Source: Candidatus Multivoradales bacterium (GTDB lineage Bacteria > Acidobacteriota > Thermoanaerobaculia > Multivoradales > JAHEKO01). From it: 64,000 nucleotides of DNA. Below are positions 46,734 to 56,827 of this stretch, in pieces. The position numbers and the translations under genes are program-made. The stretch's first letter is position 1. Each line of letters opens with the position of its first letter. The notes under the pieces were generated by a model. It saw nothing but the letters and a program-made list of their open reading frames with translations. It did no database searches and was not told the DNA's origin. The stretch covers positions 937,256 through 1,001,255 of the forward strand of contig CBDCXF010000001.1 in assembly GCA_965223755.1 (NCBI GenBank), given 5' to 3'.

Positions 46734-47231
46734 TTATTTCAACATGTCGCTGACCGCCGCACTCATCGAGGCAGGAAAAGCGACGATAATCGCCCGTTTG
46801 AGCGCCACGCCGGGGTCGGCCAAGGGGAGTTGCTGCACCAGGTACAGGATCGCGCCGACGCAAAGCAGAGACAGAAGATAGATAGCGGCAACCCGCTTCA
46901 CGAACTCGAAAGCGTAGCGGCGCAGGAACCCGCGATAGAAGTTGAAGTAGACAAACAAACCCACAAAGACGATCGACAGCAACATCAAGCCGCCGATATT
47001 GCGGTTCGGAAGCCGCTCACCCAGGTTCCACACTTCTTCGGTGAACGCGACCGGAACCGCCAGAATGGACGCTCCCACAACGATCTGTACCAGATCGCGC
47101 AGCTTGAGTTCGACCATTAGCGGTTTCACCGCGTACTGAACGATCTCGCCGGCACTGTCGAGCAGCGGAATCACCTTGTGGAGCGTCTCCCCCAGGCGTT
47201 TGACACGGATTTCAGTTCGGTTCGGCGGCAT
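46734..47231 (-). CDS. small integral membrane protein (DUF2391-like)
   Basis: 165 aa with 4 predicted TM helices. The family assignment is from memory and is uncertain. Confidence 0.4.
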   Translation of the reverse strand: MPPNRTEIRVKRLGETLHKVIPLLDSAGEIVQYAVKPLMVELKLRDLVQIVVGASILAVPVAFTEEVWNLGERLPNRNIGGLMLLSIVFVGLFVYFNFYRGFLRRYAFEFVKRVAAIYLLSLLCVGAILYLVQQLPLADPGVALKRAIIVAFPASMSAAVSDMLK

Positions 47232-47300
47232 GGGCGTATGTTAAACAATCAACCTAGACCGTTCGACACCAAGATCGGTCTACGAGACTCTAGGAGCGCC

Positions 47301-49064
47301 ATGAGAACCAAGATTTTATTCTGCGCGGTTGTCTTGACGATCGCATTCTCTGCCGCCGGCAGAGGAGATGAAGCCCCACTCGACGACATCTTGCAGCGCG
47401 GCTGGGCCTTCCGCCTGCAGGAGAGCCCACTCCTTGCCACTTCCGTCGGCGAGCATTCTTTCAATGACCGCTTGGCGGATGTCTCGCGGCCGGCGCATCT
47501 GCGCCGCGCGGAGTTTTGGAAAGCGATCCTCGCCGAACTGGATCGAGTCAACCGCGATCAACTGAGCGCCGACGACCGCACCAATTACGATGTTTTTCGT
47601 CGCCAGGTAGAAGACGAAATCGCCACGGTGCATTTCGGTGGGTTCGAGATCCCCTTCAACGCAGATTCAGGTTTCCACTCCGGCATCGCCAGTCTTCCCA
47701 ACCGGGTACCTCTCAACAACACCGCCGACTACGAAAACTATCTGGCGCGCCTGGCGGCGATTCCCGGCTACTTCGATCAGCACATCGCCAACATGCGTGC
47801 GGGATTGGCGCGCGGCATGACCCAGCCGGCGGAAGTGCTGCACGGCATCGCCGAATCCGCCAGCGCCCACGCCGTCGACGACCCCGAGGAGAGTGTCTTC
47901 TTTGCGCCCTTCAAGTCCTTTCCCGTGGGGGTGCCGCAAAGCGATCGCGACGCCTTGAAAGCCCAAGGCCGAGCGGTGATCGCCGACGCGGTGGCGCCGG
48001 CATACGGCGGACTTGCGACCTTCTTTGCCGACGAGTACCTACCCGGTACGCGGGCGACCGGGGGGGCCAGCAACCTCCCCGACGGCGCCGCCTACTATCA
48101 ACAGCGCATCCGCTACTACACCACTCTCGATCTCAGCGCCGAAGAGATCCACCAGATCGGGCTCGACGAGGTCGCCCGCATCCGCGGCGAAATGAACGAG
48201 GTCATCGACGAAGTCGGATTCGAGGGCACCTTCGACGAGTTTCTGGAGTTTCTGCGCACCGATCCGCGTTTCTACGCCGAGTCCGCGGAAGAGTTGCTCA
48301 AGCAGGCCGCATATCTATCCAAGAAGATGGACGGTCAGTTGCCGGCCTTGTTCGGCAAACTGCCCCGCTTGCCCTACGGGATCGAGCCGGTTCCCGAGCA
48401 CATCGCCCCGAAGTACACCGCCGGCCGCTACATCAGCGCCCCGGAAGGCAGCACCCGGCCGGGCTACTACTGGGTCAACACCTACGCTCTCGACACGCGC
48501 TCGCTCTACAACCTCGAGGCCCTGACTCTCCATGAAGCCGTCCCCGGCCACCATTTGCAGATCTCGCTGGCGTCCGAGATTGAGGACGTTCCGCCGTTCC
48601 GCAAGTACGAATACATCTCCGCTTTCGGCGAGGGCTGGGGTCTCTATTCCGAGCGGCTTGGACTGGAGGCGGGCTTTTATACCGACCCCTACAGCAACTT
48701 TGGCCGCCTGACCTACGAGATGTGGCGCGCCTGCCGCCTGGTGGTGGACACCGGAGTTCACGCCTTCGGCTGGACGCGCGATCGAGTCAAGGACTTTCTC
48801 GCCAGCAACACAGCACTTTCTCTTCACGAGGTCGAAACCGAGACCGATCGCTACATTTCCTGGCCGGCTCAGGCCCTGTCGTACAAACTGGGTGAGTTGG
48901 AGATTCGCCGCTTGCGAGCTGAGGCCGAGGAAGCCTTGGGAACCGATTTCGACATCCGTGAATTCCACGACGTGGTGCTCTCTCAGGGTTCGGTGCCGCT
49001 GGGAACGTTGAGGTCGATGGTTGAGGCGTACATTGTGGAGAAAGTGGGTGGTGCTAGTGGTTAG
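47301..49064 (+). CDS. DUF885 family secreted protein
   Basis: ATG at 47301 with a GGAG RBS. Signal peptide MRTKILFCAVVLTIAFSAAG. Conserved HEAVPGHHLQ motif. Confidence 0.8.
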   Translation: MRTKILFCAVVLTIAFSAAGRGDEAPLDDILQRGWAFRLQESPLLATSVGEHSFNDRLADVSRPAHLRRAEFWKAILAELDRVNRDQLSADDRTNYDVFRRQVEDEIATVHFGGFEIPFNADSGFHSGIASLPNRVPLNNTADYENYLARLAAIPGYFDQHIANMRAGLARGMTQPAEVLHGIAESASAHAVDDPEESVFFAPFKSFPVGVPQSDRDALKAQGRAVIADAVAPAYGGLATFFADEYLPGTRATGGASNLPDGAAYYQQRIRYYTTLDLSAEEIHQIGLDEVARIRGEMNEVIDEVGFEGTFDEFLEFLRTDPRFYAESAEELLKQAAYLSKKMDGQLPALFGKLPRLPYGIEPVPEHIAPKYTAGRYISAPEGSTRPGYYWVNTYALDTRSLYNLEALTLHEAVPGHHLQISLASEIEDVPPFRKYEYISAFGEGWGLYSERLGLEAGFYTDPYSNFGRLTYEMWRACRLVVDTGVHAFGWTRDRVKDFLASNTALSLHEVETETDRYISWPAQALSYKLGELEIRRLRAEAEEALGTDFDIREFHDVVLSQGSVPLGTLRSMVEAYIVEKVGGASG

Positions 49065-49275
49065 TGCGAGTGGTTAGTGCTGGTGGCTAGTTGTCAGTAG
49101 GGGCGGGCCCCGGGATTGCGTTCCTGCTGTCACCCGTCACTTCGTCACTCGTCACTGTTGGTCAGTAGGCAGTTTTCAGTTGTCAGCTCTCACAGTCCAC
49201 TGTCCACTGTCCACTATCCACTGTCCACTATTCACTATCCACTGTCCACTATCCACTATCCACTATCCACTATCT
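49048..49275. repeat. heptamer tandem arrays (GGTTAGT/GCTAGTG variants, GTCACTC variants, then CCACTGT/CCACTAT x about 13)
   Basis: Direct inspection. The CCACTAT array reads as HYPLSTI repeats in the ORF-track frame upstream of the real start at 49335. Confidence 0.85.
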
Positions 49276-49334
49276 GGCATCGCCCTTGCTCACTAGCCCT
49301 ATCCGGAGCGAAACGCCCTATCCGGAGCGAAACG

Positions 49335-50414
49335 ATGAGCCAGAAATCCATTACCGTAGCGCTGAAACTCACCATCCTCACGGCCCTTGGGGCCGTCGCG
49401 ATCGCCTGCGGCGGCAACCCCAAGGACTCGGAAGTGGCGGCTCAATCCGAAGCCCAGGAGCGGCAACTGCAGCCGATGGCGGAGACCGACGTGGTGGCCA
49501 ACGATCCGCGCGAACGCGTGGCAGTGGACGATGCCTTAGCGGGCCGTGAGGTAACAGATGGCAGCGCCGCGAGCGAGAACCCGGCAATCGACACGGTCGC
49601 CCAACCCACGCTGGAGCCCTCCTCGCCAACCGAACCCATCGAGGAAGGCTCGCCGCAAGCACCGTCGCCTTTGCCTCCGAGGAGAGATGAACCTCAGCTC
49701 GAGGTGGTCGAGGTGAGCGTTGACGAGACCGGTCCAACCGCACCGGAGTCAACCGTGGCCGAACCGCCGCGAGGTCGATCCGCATCCGCCGAGCCTGAGA
49801 TCGACGAAACATCGGAGGCTGCTTCCAGCCAACCTCAGCCACCCGAGCGCCGCGAGCTCGAAGAGCGGATCGAAACGCGCCTGGTGTCGCTGCCGGCGAC
49901 GACCGAACTGGAATTCGAACTCGTCGACTCCGCCTCCAGCGAGTGGAGTCAGCTTGGAGACGAAGTTCGCGCGCGCATCACCCGGACGGTGCTGTCGGAC
50001 GGCCTGTTCGCGGTGCCATCGGGCAGTTTCCTCATCGGTGAAGTTGTCGAAGTCAGACCTACCAAACGCTTCGGCGGTCGCGCTCTGCTGGCGGTCGAGT
50101 TCGATTCGCTGGTCATCGGAGAGGACACCATCGAAGACCTTGGGTTGCTGTGGCAGGAAGTCGACGGAGGCCAAAAGAAGAAGGACGCCAAACGGATCGG
50201 CGGCGGTGCCGCAGCCGGAGCGGTTCTGGGAAGTGTGGCCAAGGACTCTGATGGTGCCAAAGTCGGAGCGTTGATCGGAGCTGCGATCGGAGCGGCGCGA
50301 GCCGCCAAGGATCGCGGCCAAGCGATCGAGCTGACAGAGGGAGCTGTGCGTACGATCGCTCTCGAACGCGATCTGGAGGTTCCCGTTCGCGTTCGCACCC
50401 TCGAAGCTCGCTAA
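49335..50414 (+). CDS. lipoprotein with a Pro/Glu-rich disordered region and a C-terminal glycine-zipper domain
   Basis: ATG at 49335. Lipobox AIACGG. C-terminal GGGAAAGAVLGSVAKDSDGAKVGALIGAAIGAARAA. Confidence 0.6.
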   Translation: MSQKSITVALKLTILTALGAVAIACGGNPKDSEVAAQSEAQERQLQPMAETDVVANDPRERVAVDDALAGREVTDGSAASENPAIDTVAQPTLEPSSPTEPIEEGSPQAPSPLPPRRDEPQLEVVEVSVDETGPTAPESTVAEPPRGRSASAEPEIDETSEAASSQPQPPERRELEERIETRLVSLPATTELEFELVDSASSEWSQLGDEVRARITRTVLSDGLFAVPSGSFLIGEVVEVRPTKRFGGRALLAVEFDSLVIGEDTIEDLGLLWQEVDGGQKKKDAKRIGGGAAAGAVLGSVAKDSDGAKVGALIGAAIGAARAAKDRGQAIELTEGAVRTIALERDLEVPVRVRTLEAR

Positions 50415-50563
50415 CGACAGAAACCCTCATTTGCGCAGTCGCGCCTTGGCAAAACTGCAGTTCCCTGCTATGTTTCTATGCCGTCAGAAGATTGGACCAC
50501 GGTGGTCCATGTTCAACTGAGCAACGTTTTCCCAAACACCCCGCACGAGGGAGGAGACAGCGA

Positions 50564-50857
50564 ATGACCAAATCGGAAATGGCAGCGAAGCTCGCCGGAA
50601 AGACTGACCTCAGCCAGGCCAAGGCTCTTGAGGTGATCAACTGTATTTTTTCCACCACTCCCGGCGAAGGCATCATTGCCGTCGAACTCGACGCTGGCCG
50701 CAAGGTCCAGATCACCGGCTTCGGCACTTTCGGGACCAAGAGCCGTTCGGCGCGTCAGGGCCGCAACCCTGCCACCGGTGAGACGATCACCATCGCCGCC
50801 AAGAAGTACGCTTACTTCAAGGCCGGCAAGGGTCTCAAAGACCGCGTCGCCGAGTAA
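50564..50857 (+). CDS. hup: HU family DNA-binding protein
   Basis: 97 aa MTKSEMAAKLAGKTDLSQAKA…GFGTFGTKSRSARQGRNPATGETITIAAKK. Strong RBS GAGGGAGGAG. Confidence 0.9.
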   Translation: MTKSEMAAKLAGKTDLSQAKALEVINCIFSTTPGEGIIAVELDAGRKVQITGFGTFGTKSRSARQGRNPATGETITIAAKKYAYFKAGKGLKDRVAE

Positions 50858-50883
50858 GTCTCTCCCCTCTGACGAAATCAAAA

Positions 50884-50915
50884 CGGCCCGCTGGCGAGCG
50901 GGTCGTTTTTTTTTT
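50884..50915 (+). terminator. rho-independent terminator after hup
   Basis: ggcccgc-tggcga-gcgggtc followed by T10. Confidence 0.8.
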
Positions 50916-50972
50916 GCCCAGTAGATTCCCGCCCCCCTTGCACACCCTCCCGTGGGGAGGACGAGCGTGGAT

Positions 50973-51125
50973 GTAGGGGAGCCCCTTGCGGGCTCCCCGG
51001 AGGGGCAAGCTTGCCCTGAGCAGCGTCGAAGGGCCTGGGCGGGGGTTTCAACTTAACAAGAAGGCCATCCCCCAGATCCCTCGACTCGAGCTGCGCACTC
51101 GCTCGGGATGACAGATAGCTATTCT
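50973..51125. repeat. MITE-like element A copy fused to element B copy
   Basis: gtaggggagccccttgcgggctcccc…ggcaagcttgccctgagcagcgtcgaagggcc / tgggcgggggtttcaactt…cccccagatccctcgactcgagctgcgcactcgctcgggatgacag. Confidence 0.7.
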
Positions 51126-51174
51126 CGTCACCGCGTCACCCGTCACCCCACTACCCCTTTGGTAGCCTGCCGCG

Positions 51175-52941
51175 GTGTCGGTTCTCGACTACGCGATCAT
51201 TCTCGGCTATATGGCCTTTGCAGTCGGCGTCGGCGCGTTGCTGTCTCGCCGAGCCGGAAAGGGGCTCGATGAGTACTTTCTTTCGGGTAGGAGCTTGCCC
51301 TGGTGGCTGGCCGGCACCTCGATGGTGGCGACGACCTTCGCTGCCGACACCCCCTTGGCCATCACCGGATTGGTCGCCGAAGACGGCATCGCCGGAAACT
51401 GGTTCTGGTGGAGCCTCGCCATCGCGCATATAGCCGCGACGCTGTTCTACGCTCCGTTGTGGCGTCGGGCGGGCGTTCTCACCGATATCGAACTGATCCC
51501 GCTGCGCTACTCCGGTCGACCGGCACGGTTTCTGCGCTCATTTCGCGCCCTGTGGGACGGCGTGGTCATCAACTCCATCGTGCTCGGTTGGGTGATCTTG
51601 GCGATGGTCAAGATTCTCGACGCCTTCTTCGATCTCGACAGTTGGGTCGCCGCAATCGGACTCTCCGGCATCGACGGCCGGTGGGCCGGCATCGCCTTGT
51701 GTCTGACCGTGGCTATTGTCTATACCGTTCTCGCTGGTTTCTGGGGTGTGGTGGTCACCGATTTGGTGCAGTTCGCGATGGCCATGGCGGGATCGATCGC
51801 CCTCGCCTTCTTTACTTGGCGAGCGGTCGGAGGAGCGACCGGCATGCGCGCGGGACTGTTCGAGCGGTTCGGCGACGCCGGAGGGGAGTACTTGCGGTTC
51901 TTTCCCAGCGGCGATTCTGCTGGCTTGCCATGGATCACTTTCGCCGCCTTTTTGAGCGTCCAATGGTGGGCGAGTCGCAACTCGGACTGTGGAAACTATT
52001 TGGCGCAGCGCCTGCTGGCCGTGAAAAGTCCTCGCCAAGGCGTTCTTGCATCGTTGTGGTTCACGATCGCGCTCTATGTCGTCCGATCGTGGCCCTGGAT
52101 CGTGGTCGCTCTGGGCTCGTTAATCGTCTTTCCCGACCTCGCCGACCCCGAGCTCGGCTACCCCAAGATGGCTCTCGCCTACCTGCCCGCGGGTTGGCTG
52201 GGGCTGATGGCGGCCAGCCTGGCGGCGGCTTTCATGTCGACGGTAGATACCCACATCAACTGGGGCGCCTCCCTAGTCGTCAATGACTTTCTCAAGCCCC
52301 GCCTGGGCGCGGGATGGTCCGACCGTCGGTTGGTTTCTCTCTCGCGCTGGATCTCGGTGTTGTTGATGGCAATCGCCGGCCTCGTCGCCTATTCAATGGA
52401 TTCGGTCGCCGGGGCCTGGAGATTGCTCTATGGACTGTCGGCCGGTGTCGGCGGTGTCTACATCGGCCGCTGGCTGTGGTGGCGGGTCAACGCCTGGAGC
52501 GAGATCGCGGCTTGGACCGCCTCGGCAACCACCTATTTCCTCTCAACCCGCCTGGCTCCAGACCTCATTTTCGGCAGCCGCCTCTTTCTCGTTGCGGGGA
52601 TTTCAACCGCCGCCTGGGTCACCGTTACTCTGCTCACGCCCGCGGTCGACTCGGCCGCACTCGATCGCTTCTACCGGCGCGTCCAACCTGGCAGCCCGTG
52701 GTGGGGTCCGGTGGCCAAACGAAACGACCGCCAGTCACGCTGGTGGTCGTGGGGCGATGTGGTTGCCTGGGTTGCTGGAGTCATCATGGTTTTCGCGGTT
52801 CTAGCCGGCATTGGTGGATTGCTATTCGACGGCTGGGTAAGGGCGCTACCCAAGCTCCTGCTCGGAGCTTTTGCCGGCGCGGTTTTTTGGCGCCACCTCC
52901 GGAGCGCCTATCCACACGCTTCCGAATCGGAGGCGGTGTGA
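51175..52941 (+). CDS. sodium:solute symporter (SSS) family transporter
   Basis: GTG start. 13-14 TM segments. SSS N-terminal signature (YFLSGRSLPWWLAGTSMVATTFAADTPL). Confidence 0.85.
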   Translation: MSVLDYAIILGYMAFAVGVGALLSRRAGKGLDEYFLSGRSLPWWLAGTSMVATTFAADTPLAITGLVAEDGIAGNWFWWSLAIAHIAATLFYAPLWRRAGVLTDIELIPLRYSGRPARFLRSFRALWDGVVINSIVLGWVILAMVKILDAFFDLDSWVAAIGLSGIDGRWAGIALCLTVAIVYTVLAGFWGVVVTDLVQFAMAMAGSIALAFFTWRAVGGATGMRAGLFERFGDAGGEYLRFFPSGDSAGLPWITFAAFLSVQWWASRNSDCGNYLAQRLLAVKSPRQGVLASLWFTIALYVVRSWPWIVVALGSLIVFPDLADPELGYPKMALAYLPAGWLGLMAASLAAAFMSTVDTHINWGASLVVNDFLKPRLGAGWSDRRLVSLSRWISVLLMAIAGLVAYSMDSVAGAWRLLYGLSAGVGGVYIGRWLWWRVNAWSEIAAWTASATTYFLSTRLAPDLIFGSRLFLVAGISTAAWVTVTLLTPAVDSAALDRFYRRVQPGSPWWGPVAKRNDRQSRWWSWGDVVAWVAGVIMVFAVLAGIGGLLFDGWVRALPKLLLGAFAGAVFWRHLRSAYPHASESEAV

Positions 52942-53600
52942 AGGACACGCAAGGCCGATGGGCGGCAATAGCTACCTGGGGTTCCCTCGCGGCCGCGCTG
53001 CTCTACTGGTGCGGCGACCGGGGTCTGGGCCTTTTTTGCAACAGCCTGGGTCTGCCACCGCCACTGCTGCTCGCCGGCAAAGCCGCGGCAATCCTGTTAT
53101 TGCTCGTTAGCGTCGTCCTGCGCCGGCGCCCGTACAGGTCGCTGCTCGCGGCCGGGCTTGTGGCTCACAGTGCCGGTGACGTGGTGCTCGACGCCGTGGC
53201 AACGTCCATTCTGCCCGCCATGGGCTTTTTCCTGGTCGGGCATCTGGCGTATCTCGCGCTGTTCTCCAGAAGCAAGAATCGTCAAGCCTGGGGGCGAGGG
53301 CGGATTGCGGCTGCAGCCGGGATCGCGCTCATCGCCATCGGCGCTCTGGCGGTCTTGCTTCCAGAGGTGTCGGGGGCGCTTACCCTAGCGGTGCCGGTGT
53401 ACGTTGCCGCCATCGGCGCCATGGCGGTCAGCGCCCAGCGCATTCCCGGGAGCGTCGCCATCGGCGCCTGGGCCTACCTCATATCCGACGCTTTGATTGG
53501 ATGGAGCCGGTTTGTCGGCCCCATCGGCTGGGCTGCAGCGTTGACTTGGCCTCTCTACTACCTGGCACAGTTCCTCATCACCCGCAATTGGCGATCGTAG
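52938..53600 (+). CDS. YhhN family lysoplasmalogenase-like membrane protein
   Basis: GTG overlaps the SSS stop (GTGTGA). About 220 aa with 7-8 TM helices. YhhN-like C-terminus. Confidence 0.65.
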   Translation: MKDTQGRWAAIATWGSLAAALLYWCGDRGLGLFCNSLGLPPPLLLAGKAAAILLLLVSVVLRRRPYRSLLAAGLVAHSAGDVVLDAVATSILPAMGFFLVGHLAYLALFSRSKNRQAWGRGRIAAAAGIALIAIGALAVLLPEVSGALTLAVPVYVAAIGAMAVSAQRIPGSVAIGAWAYLISDALIGWSRFVGPIGWAAALTWPLYYLAQFLITRNWRS

Positions 53601-53756
53601 TTTCCACACGGCGTGCAACCGTGTGGCAGGCGGTTTCGGTCTCGGTTCTTCCGCGGACTGGCTCGCGAGACTGGCTCGCGTCGCTTATACTCATCTTGTT
53701 CAATACTTCGCCGCGAGGCGGAGTGACTTTTTTTCTATCTCCTTGGAGGAGGATCT

Positions 53757-54779
53757 ATGGGACGAAGAACCCTTCTAGGGCTGCTGGCTCTGGCAGCTCT
53801 TGTGGTGCTGTGCCTCTACTGTGGCGCGCCACGCATTCAACAAGACATTCATGATCGCTCGGTCGCCGCGGTAGAGGGCGCCGGCTATGACGCGTCTTTG
53901 GTGTCGGTTGACGGCCGCGATGTGACTCTCACGGGCACGGTACCGTCCGAAGCCGAGCGCGAGCGATTGGTCAATTTGCTCTCCGGCTTGGAGGGCGTAC
54001 GCGCGGTCGACGATCAGCTTACCGTCGGCGCGTTCGCCGGAATCGCCGACCCGCTACAACTACTCAAGCAGCGCCAAGCCATCACCCTGCGCGGTCGCAT
54101 GACACAGCAGGCCCACGATGATCTGCTCGCCAAAGCGCACGAGATCTGGGGCGTAGACAACGTCATCGACGAGATTGAAATCGATAGTTCCGCCCCCGGC
54201 TGGAATTTGGATGTACTCGGCAACCTCTTGGACATTCTCAAGGGGCGACGCGGCGCTCTCAACCTGGACTTCTTCGGCGATCGCCTCGAGGTCAACGGCG
54301 AATTGCTCAGTGACTTGCGCAAGCGCCGTCTGCTGGGCCGGCTGCAGACTGCGTTTCCAGGCCTGGACATCCTCGGCGAGGGACTCGTCCTGCGCGCGGC
54401 GGCAAGCCCGCTGGAAGAACTGCAACTGCAACTGGACACCGAGCTCGCTGACAAGATCATCGAGTTCGAGACCGACAGCGACAATCTGACGGCAGCGGGT
54501 CAAGCAGTGCTCGACTCGGTGGTGGCTATGCTGACTGGAAACGAAGCTCGCATCGCCATTTCTGGTCACACCGATTCAACCGGTGACTTCGACCACAACA
54601 TGGACCTCAGCCGACGGCGAGCGGAAGCGGTCAAAAACTATCTCGTGGGGAACGGACTCGCGGCGTCTAGGTTCGAGACCTCCTGGTTTGGCTCGACGCG
54701 CCCCATTGCTAACAACGACACTCCCGAAGGGAGGAGTCGCAACCGCCGCACTGAACTAGACGTTCTGGAGGAGAACTAA
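53757..54779 (+). CDS. OmpA family protein with N-terminal BON domain(s)
   Basis: BON: RDVTLTGTVPSEAERERLVNLLSGLEGVRAVDDQLTV. OmpA-C: ISGHTDSTGDFDHNMDLSRRRAEAV…RNRRTEL. Confidence 0.8.
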   Translation: MGRRTLLGLLALAALVVLCLYCGAPRIQQDIHDRSVAAVEGAGYDASLVSVDGRDVTLTGTVPSEAERERLVNLLSGLEGVRAVDDQLTVGAFAGIADPLQLLKQRQAITLRGRMTQQAHDDLLAKAHEIWGVDNVIDEIEIDSSAPGWNLDVLGNLLDILKGRRGALNLDFFGDRLEVNGELLSDLRKRRLLGRLQTAFPGLDILGEGLVLRAAASPLEELQLQLDTELADKIIEFETDSDNLTAAGQAVLDSVVAMLTGNEARIAISGHTDSTGDFDHNMDLSRRRAEAVKNYLVGNGLAASRFETSWFGSTRPIANNDTPEGRSRNRRTELDVLEEN

Positions 54780-54781
54780 TC

Positions 54782-55381
54782 ATGGGTTACCTGATCGCAC
54801 AGATGTTGTTGTGTTTACTGGCTGCGGCACTGCTCGGCTTCCTGCTCGGATGGTGGCTGCGCGGAGCGCGCTGTCGCAAATCTCTGGATGATCTAGAGGC
54901 CTCGTGGAGAGGCCGCTTGGACGATTGCCAGGCGGAGCTCAAGTCGGCGCGTGAGTCGGTTGCCGACGGCGACGAGGTCGAGACCCTGCGCGCGGATTTC
55001 GATCGCGTACGGAGCGAACTCGAAGTCGCCGAAGGTCGAGTGGAACGGCGTTCGTCCGAAATCGAGGATCTCAAATCGCAATTGGCCGCCATCGTTCCCG
55101 CCGCTGGAAGCGTCGCGGTAGGCGATCCCGACGATCTGACCAAGATCGAGGGCATCGGGCCGAAGATTTCTAGTTTGTTGCACGCGGCCGGCTACTCCAC
55201 TTTCGCCGCAGTCGCTGAAGCTACAGTCGAAGCGCTCCAGGGAGTGCTCAACGACGCCGGCGACCGCTTCCAAATGCACGATCCAACGACCTGGCCCCAG
55301 CAGGCACAGTTGGCAGCAGAAGGGCGCTGGAACGAGCTGGAACAGTTTCAGGATCTGCTCGAGGGAGGCAAAATCGATTAA
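54782..55381 (+). CDS. membrane-anchored coiled-coil protein with a C-terminal helix-hairpin-helix (DUF4332-like)
   Basis: N-terminal TM helix, a coiled-coil region, and an HhH DLTKIEGIGPKISSLLHAAGY. Starts 3 nt after the ompA-family stop. Confidence 0.5.
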   Translation: MGYLIAQMLLCLLAAALLGFLLGWWLRGARCRKSLDDLEASWRGRLDDCQAELKSARESVADGDEVETLRADFDRVRSELEVAEGRVERRSSEIEDLKSQLAAIVPAAGSVAVGDPDDLTKIEGIGPKISSLLHAAGYSTFAAVAEATVEALQGVLNDAGDRFQMHDPTTWPQQAQLAAEGRWNELEQFQDLLEGGKID

Positions 55382-55451
55382 GAGTCGACAACCGATAATT
55401 CACGAAAGGGAGCCCGAGTGGCTCCCTTTTTGTTGGCTAGGGGCTAGACGT

Positions 55452-55620
55452 GTAGGGGAGGGGCTTGTCCCCTCCCTGGAGCCCTTCGACGCTGCTCAGG
55501 GCAAGCTTGCCTCCTCCCGGGAGCCCGCAAGGGGCTCCCCTACAGTGAACAGTGAACAGTGAACAGTGAACAGTGAAAAAGATACGACTACTGCCGTCAC
55601 CAATCACCAGTCACCAACCA
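55452..55620. repeat. full-length MITE-like element A (92 bp, both TIRs), then a CAGTGAA x5 heptamer array and GTCACCA variants
   Basis: gtaggggaggggcttgtcccctccc…gcaagcttgcc…gggagcccgcaaggggctcccctac. Heptamers occupy 55543-55577. Confidence 0.8.
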
Positions 55621-56409
55621 CTAATCACCATCCGGCAAATCCATCCCCATAGCATGGTAGCCGGCGTCAACGTAAACCGTTTCGCCGGTGATGCCGGCCG
55701 CCAACGGCGATAGCAAGTAGGCGCCCAGGTTGCCGACATCGCGCGGTTCGATCCCGCTCTTGAGTGGCGCCATGTCGGCGAACTTGCCGTACATCTGCAT
55801 AAAGCCCGGGATGCTGCGAGCAGCCACGGTCTTGACCGGACCGGCGGAAACCGCGTTGACGCGCACTGAGTTCTTGCCCAGATCGTAAGCGAGGTAGCGC
55901 ACCGTAGATTCGAGGGCGCTCTTGGCGATCCCCATGACGTTGTACTTGGGCACCACCTTCTCCGCCGCGTAGTAGGTCAAAGTCACCAGGCCGGCCCCGG
56001 CATTGAGTTGGGTCTCGGCCTCGCGCGCCACCGCCAGCAAGGAGTAGGCCGAAACCTCCAACGCCAGGAGCCAGTCTTCCTTGGAGGTCTCGATGTAGCG
56101 CCCGTCCATGGCGGGACGGGGTGCAAAAGCAATGGCGTGCACAATGCCGTCGATGCCGTCCCACGCCTGGCCCAGATCGGCCATCATCGAGCGCAATTCA
56201 TCCTCGTTGGTGACATCACATTGGTACAAACGGGCACCATCGTTATCGGCGGTGAGCTTTTCGAGCCCCGCTTGCTGCCGCTCAGCTTGGTAGCTGAAGG
56301 CGAGATTGGCTCCGGCATCGCGCGCCGCTTCCGCGATCGCCCAGCCGAGGCTGAACTTGTTCGTCACCCCCATGACGAGGATGTTCTTATTTTTGAGTCC
56401 GATGTCCAT
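55621..56409 (-). CDS. fabI: enoyl-[acyl-carrier-protein] reductase (NADH), FabI
   Basis: ILVMGVTNKFSLGWAIA and YNVMGIAKSALESTVRYLA. 262 aa. Confidence 0.9.
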   Translation of the reverse strand: MDIGLKNKNILVMGVTNKFSLGWAIAEAARDAGANLAFSYQAERQQAGLEKLTADNDGARLYQCDVTNEDELRSMMADLGQAWDGIDGIVHAIAFAPRPAMDGRYIETSKEDWLLALEVSAYSLLAVAREAETQLNAGAGLVTLTYYAAEKVVPKYNVMGIAKSALESTVRYLAYDLGKNSVRVNAVSAGPVKTVAARSIPGFMQMYGKFADMAPLKSGIEPRDVGNLGAYLLSPLAAGITGETVYVDAGYHAMGMDLPDGD

Positions 56410-56424
56410 GGGTGGATGATACAG

Positions 56425-56711
56425 CGGGGAGAGTGGCCAGTGATCAGTGGTCAGTGATCAGTGGTCAGTGGTCAGTGATCAGTGATCAGTGGTCAGTGGT
56501 CAGTGGTCAGTGGTCAGTGATCAGTGGTCAGTGGTCAGTGGTCAGTGGTCAGTGATCAGGACAGAGTGACGTGTAGGGGGAGGGGCTTGTCCCCTCCCGG
56601 GAGCCCACAAGGGGCTCCCCTACATAGACAGTGAGCAGTGAGCAGTGAGCAGTGAGCAGTGAGCAGTGAGCAGTGAGCAGTGAGCAGTGAGCAGTGAGCA
56701 GTGAGCAGTGA
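56425..56711. repeat. GGTCAGT/GATCAGT heptamer array (about 18 units), a short element A (TIRs only, 56573-56624), then a CAGTGAG x11 array
   Basis: Direct inspection. Confidence 0.85.
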
Positions 56712-56827
56712 AGAAGATACGCTGGCCGTCGTCAACCGTCACAATCGTCACTCCGTCACATGTCACTCCGTCACCGGTCTCCGTGACAGAATTCTTCGAC
56801 TCGCCGAGCTGGCGGCATACCCTTTCA

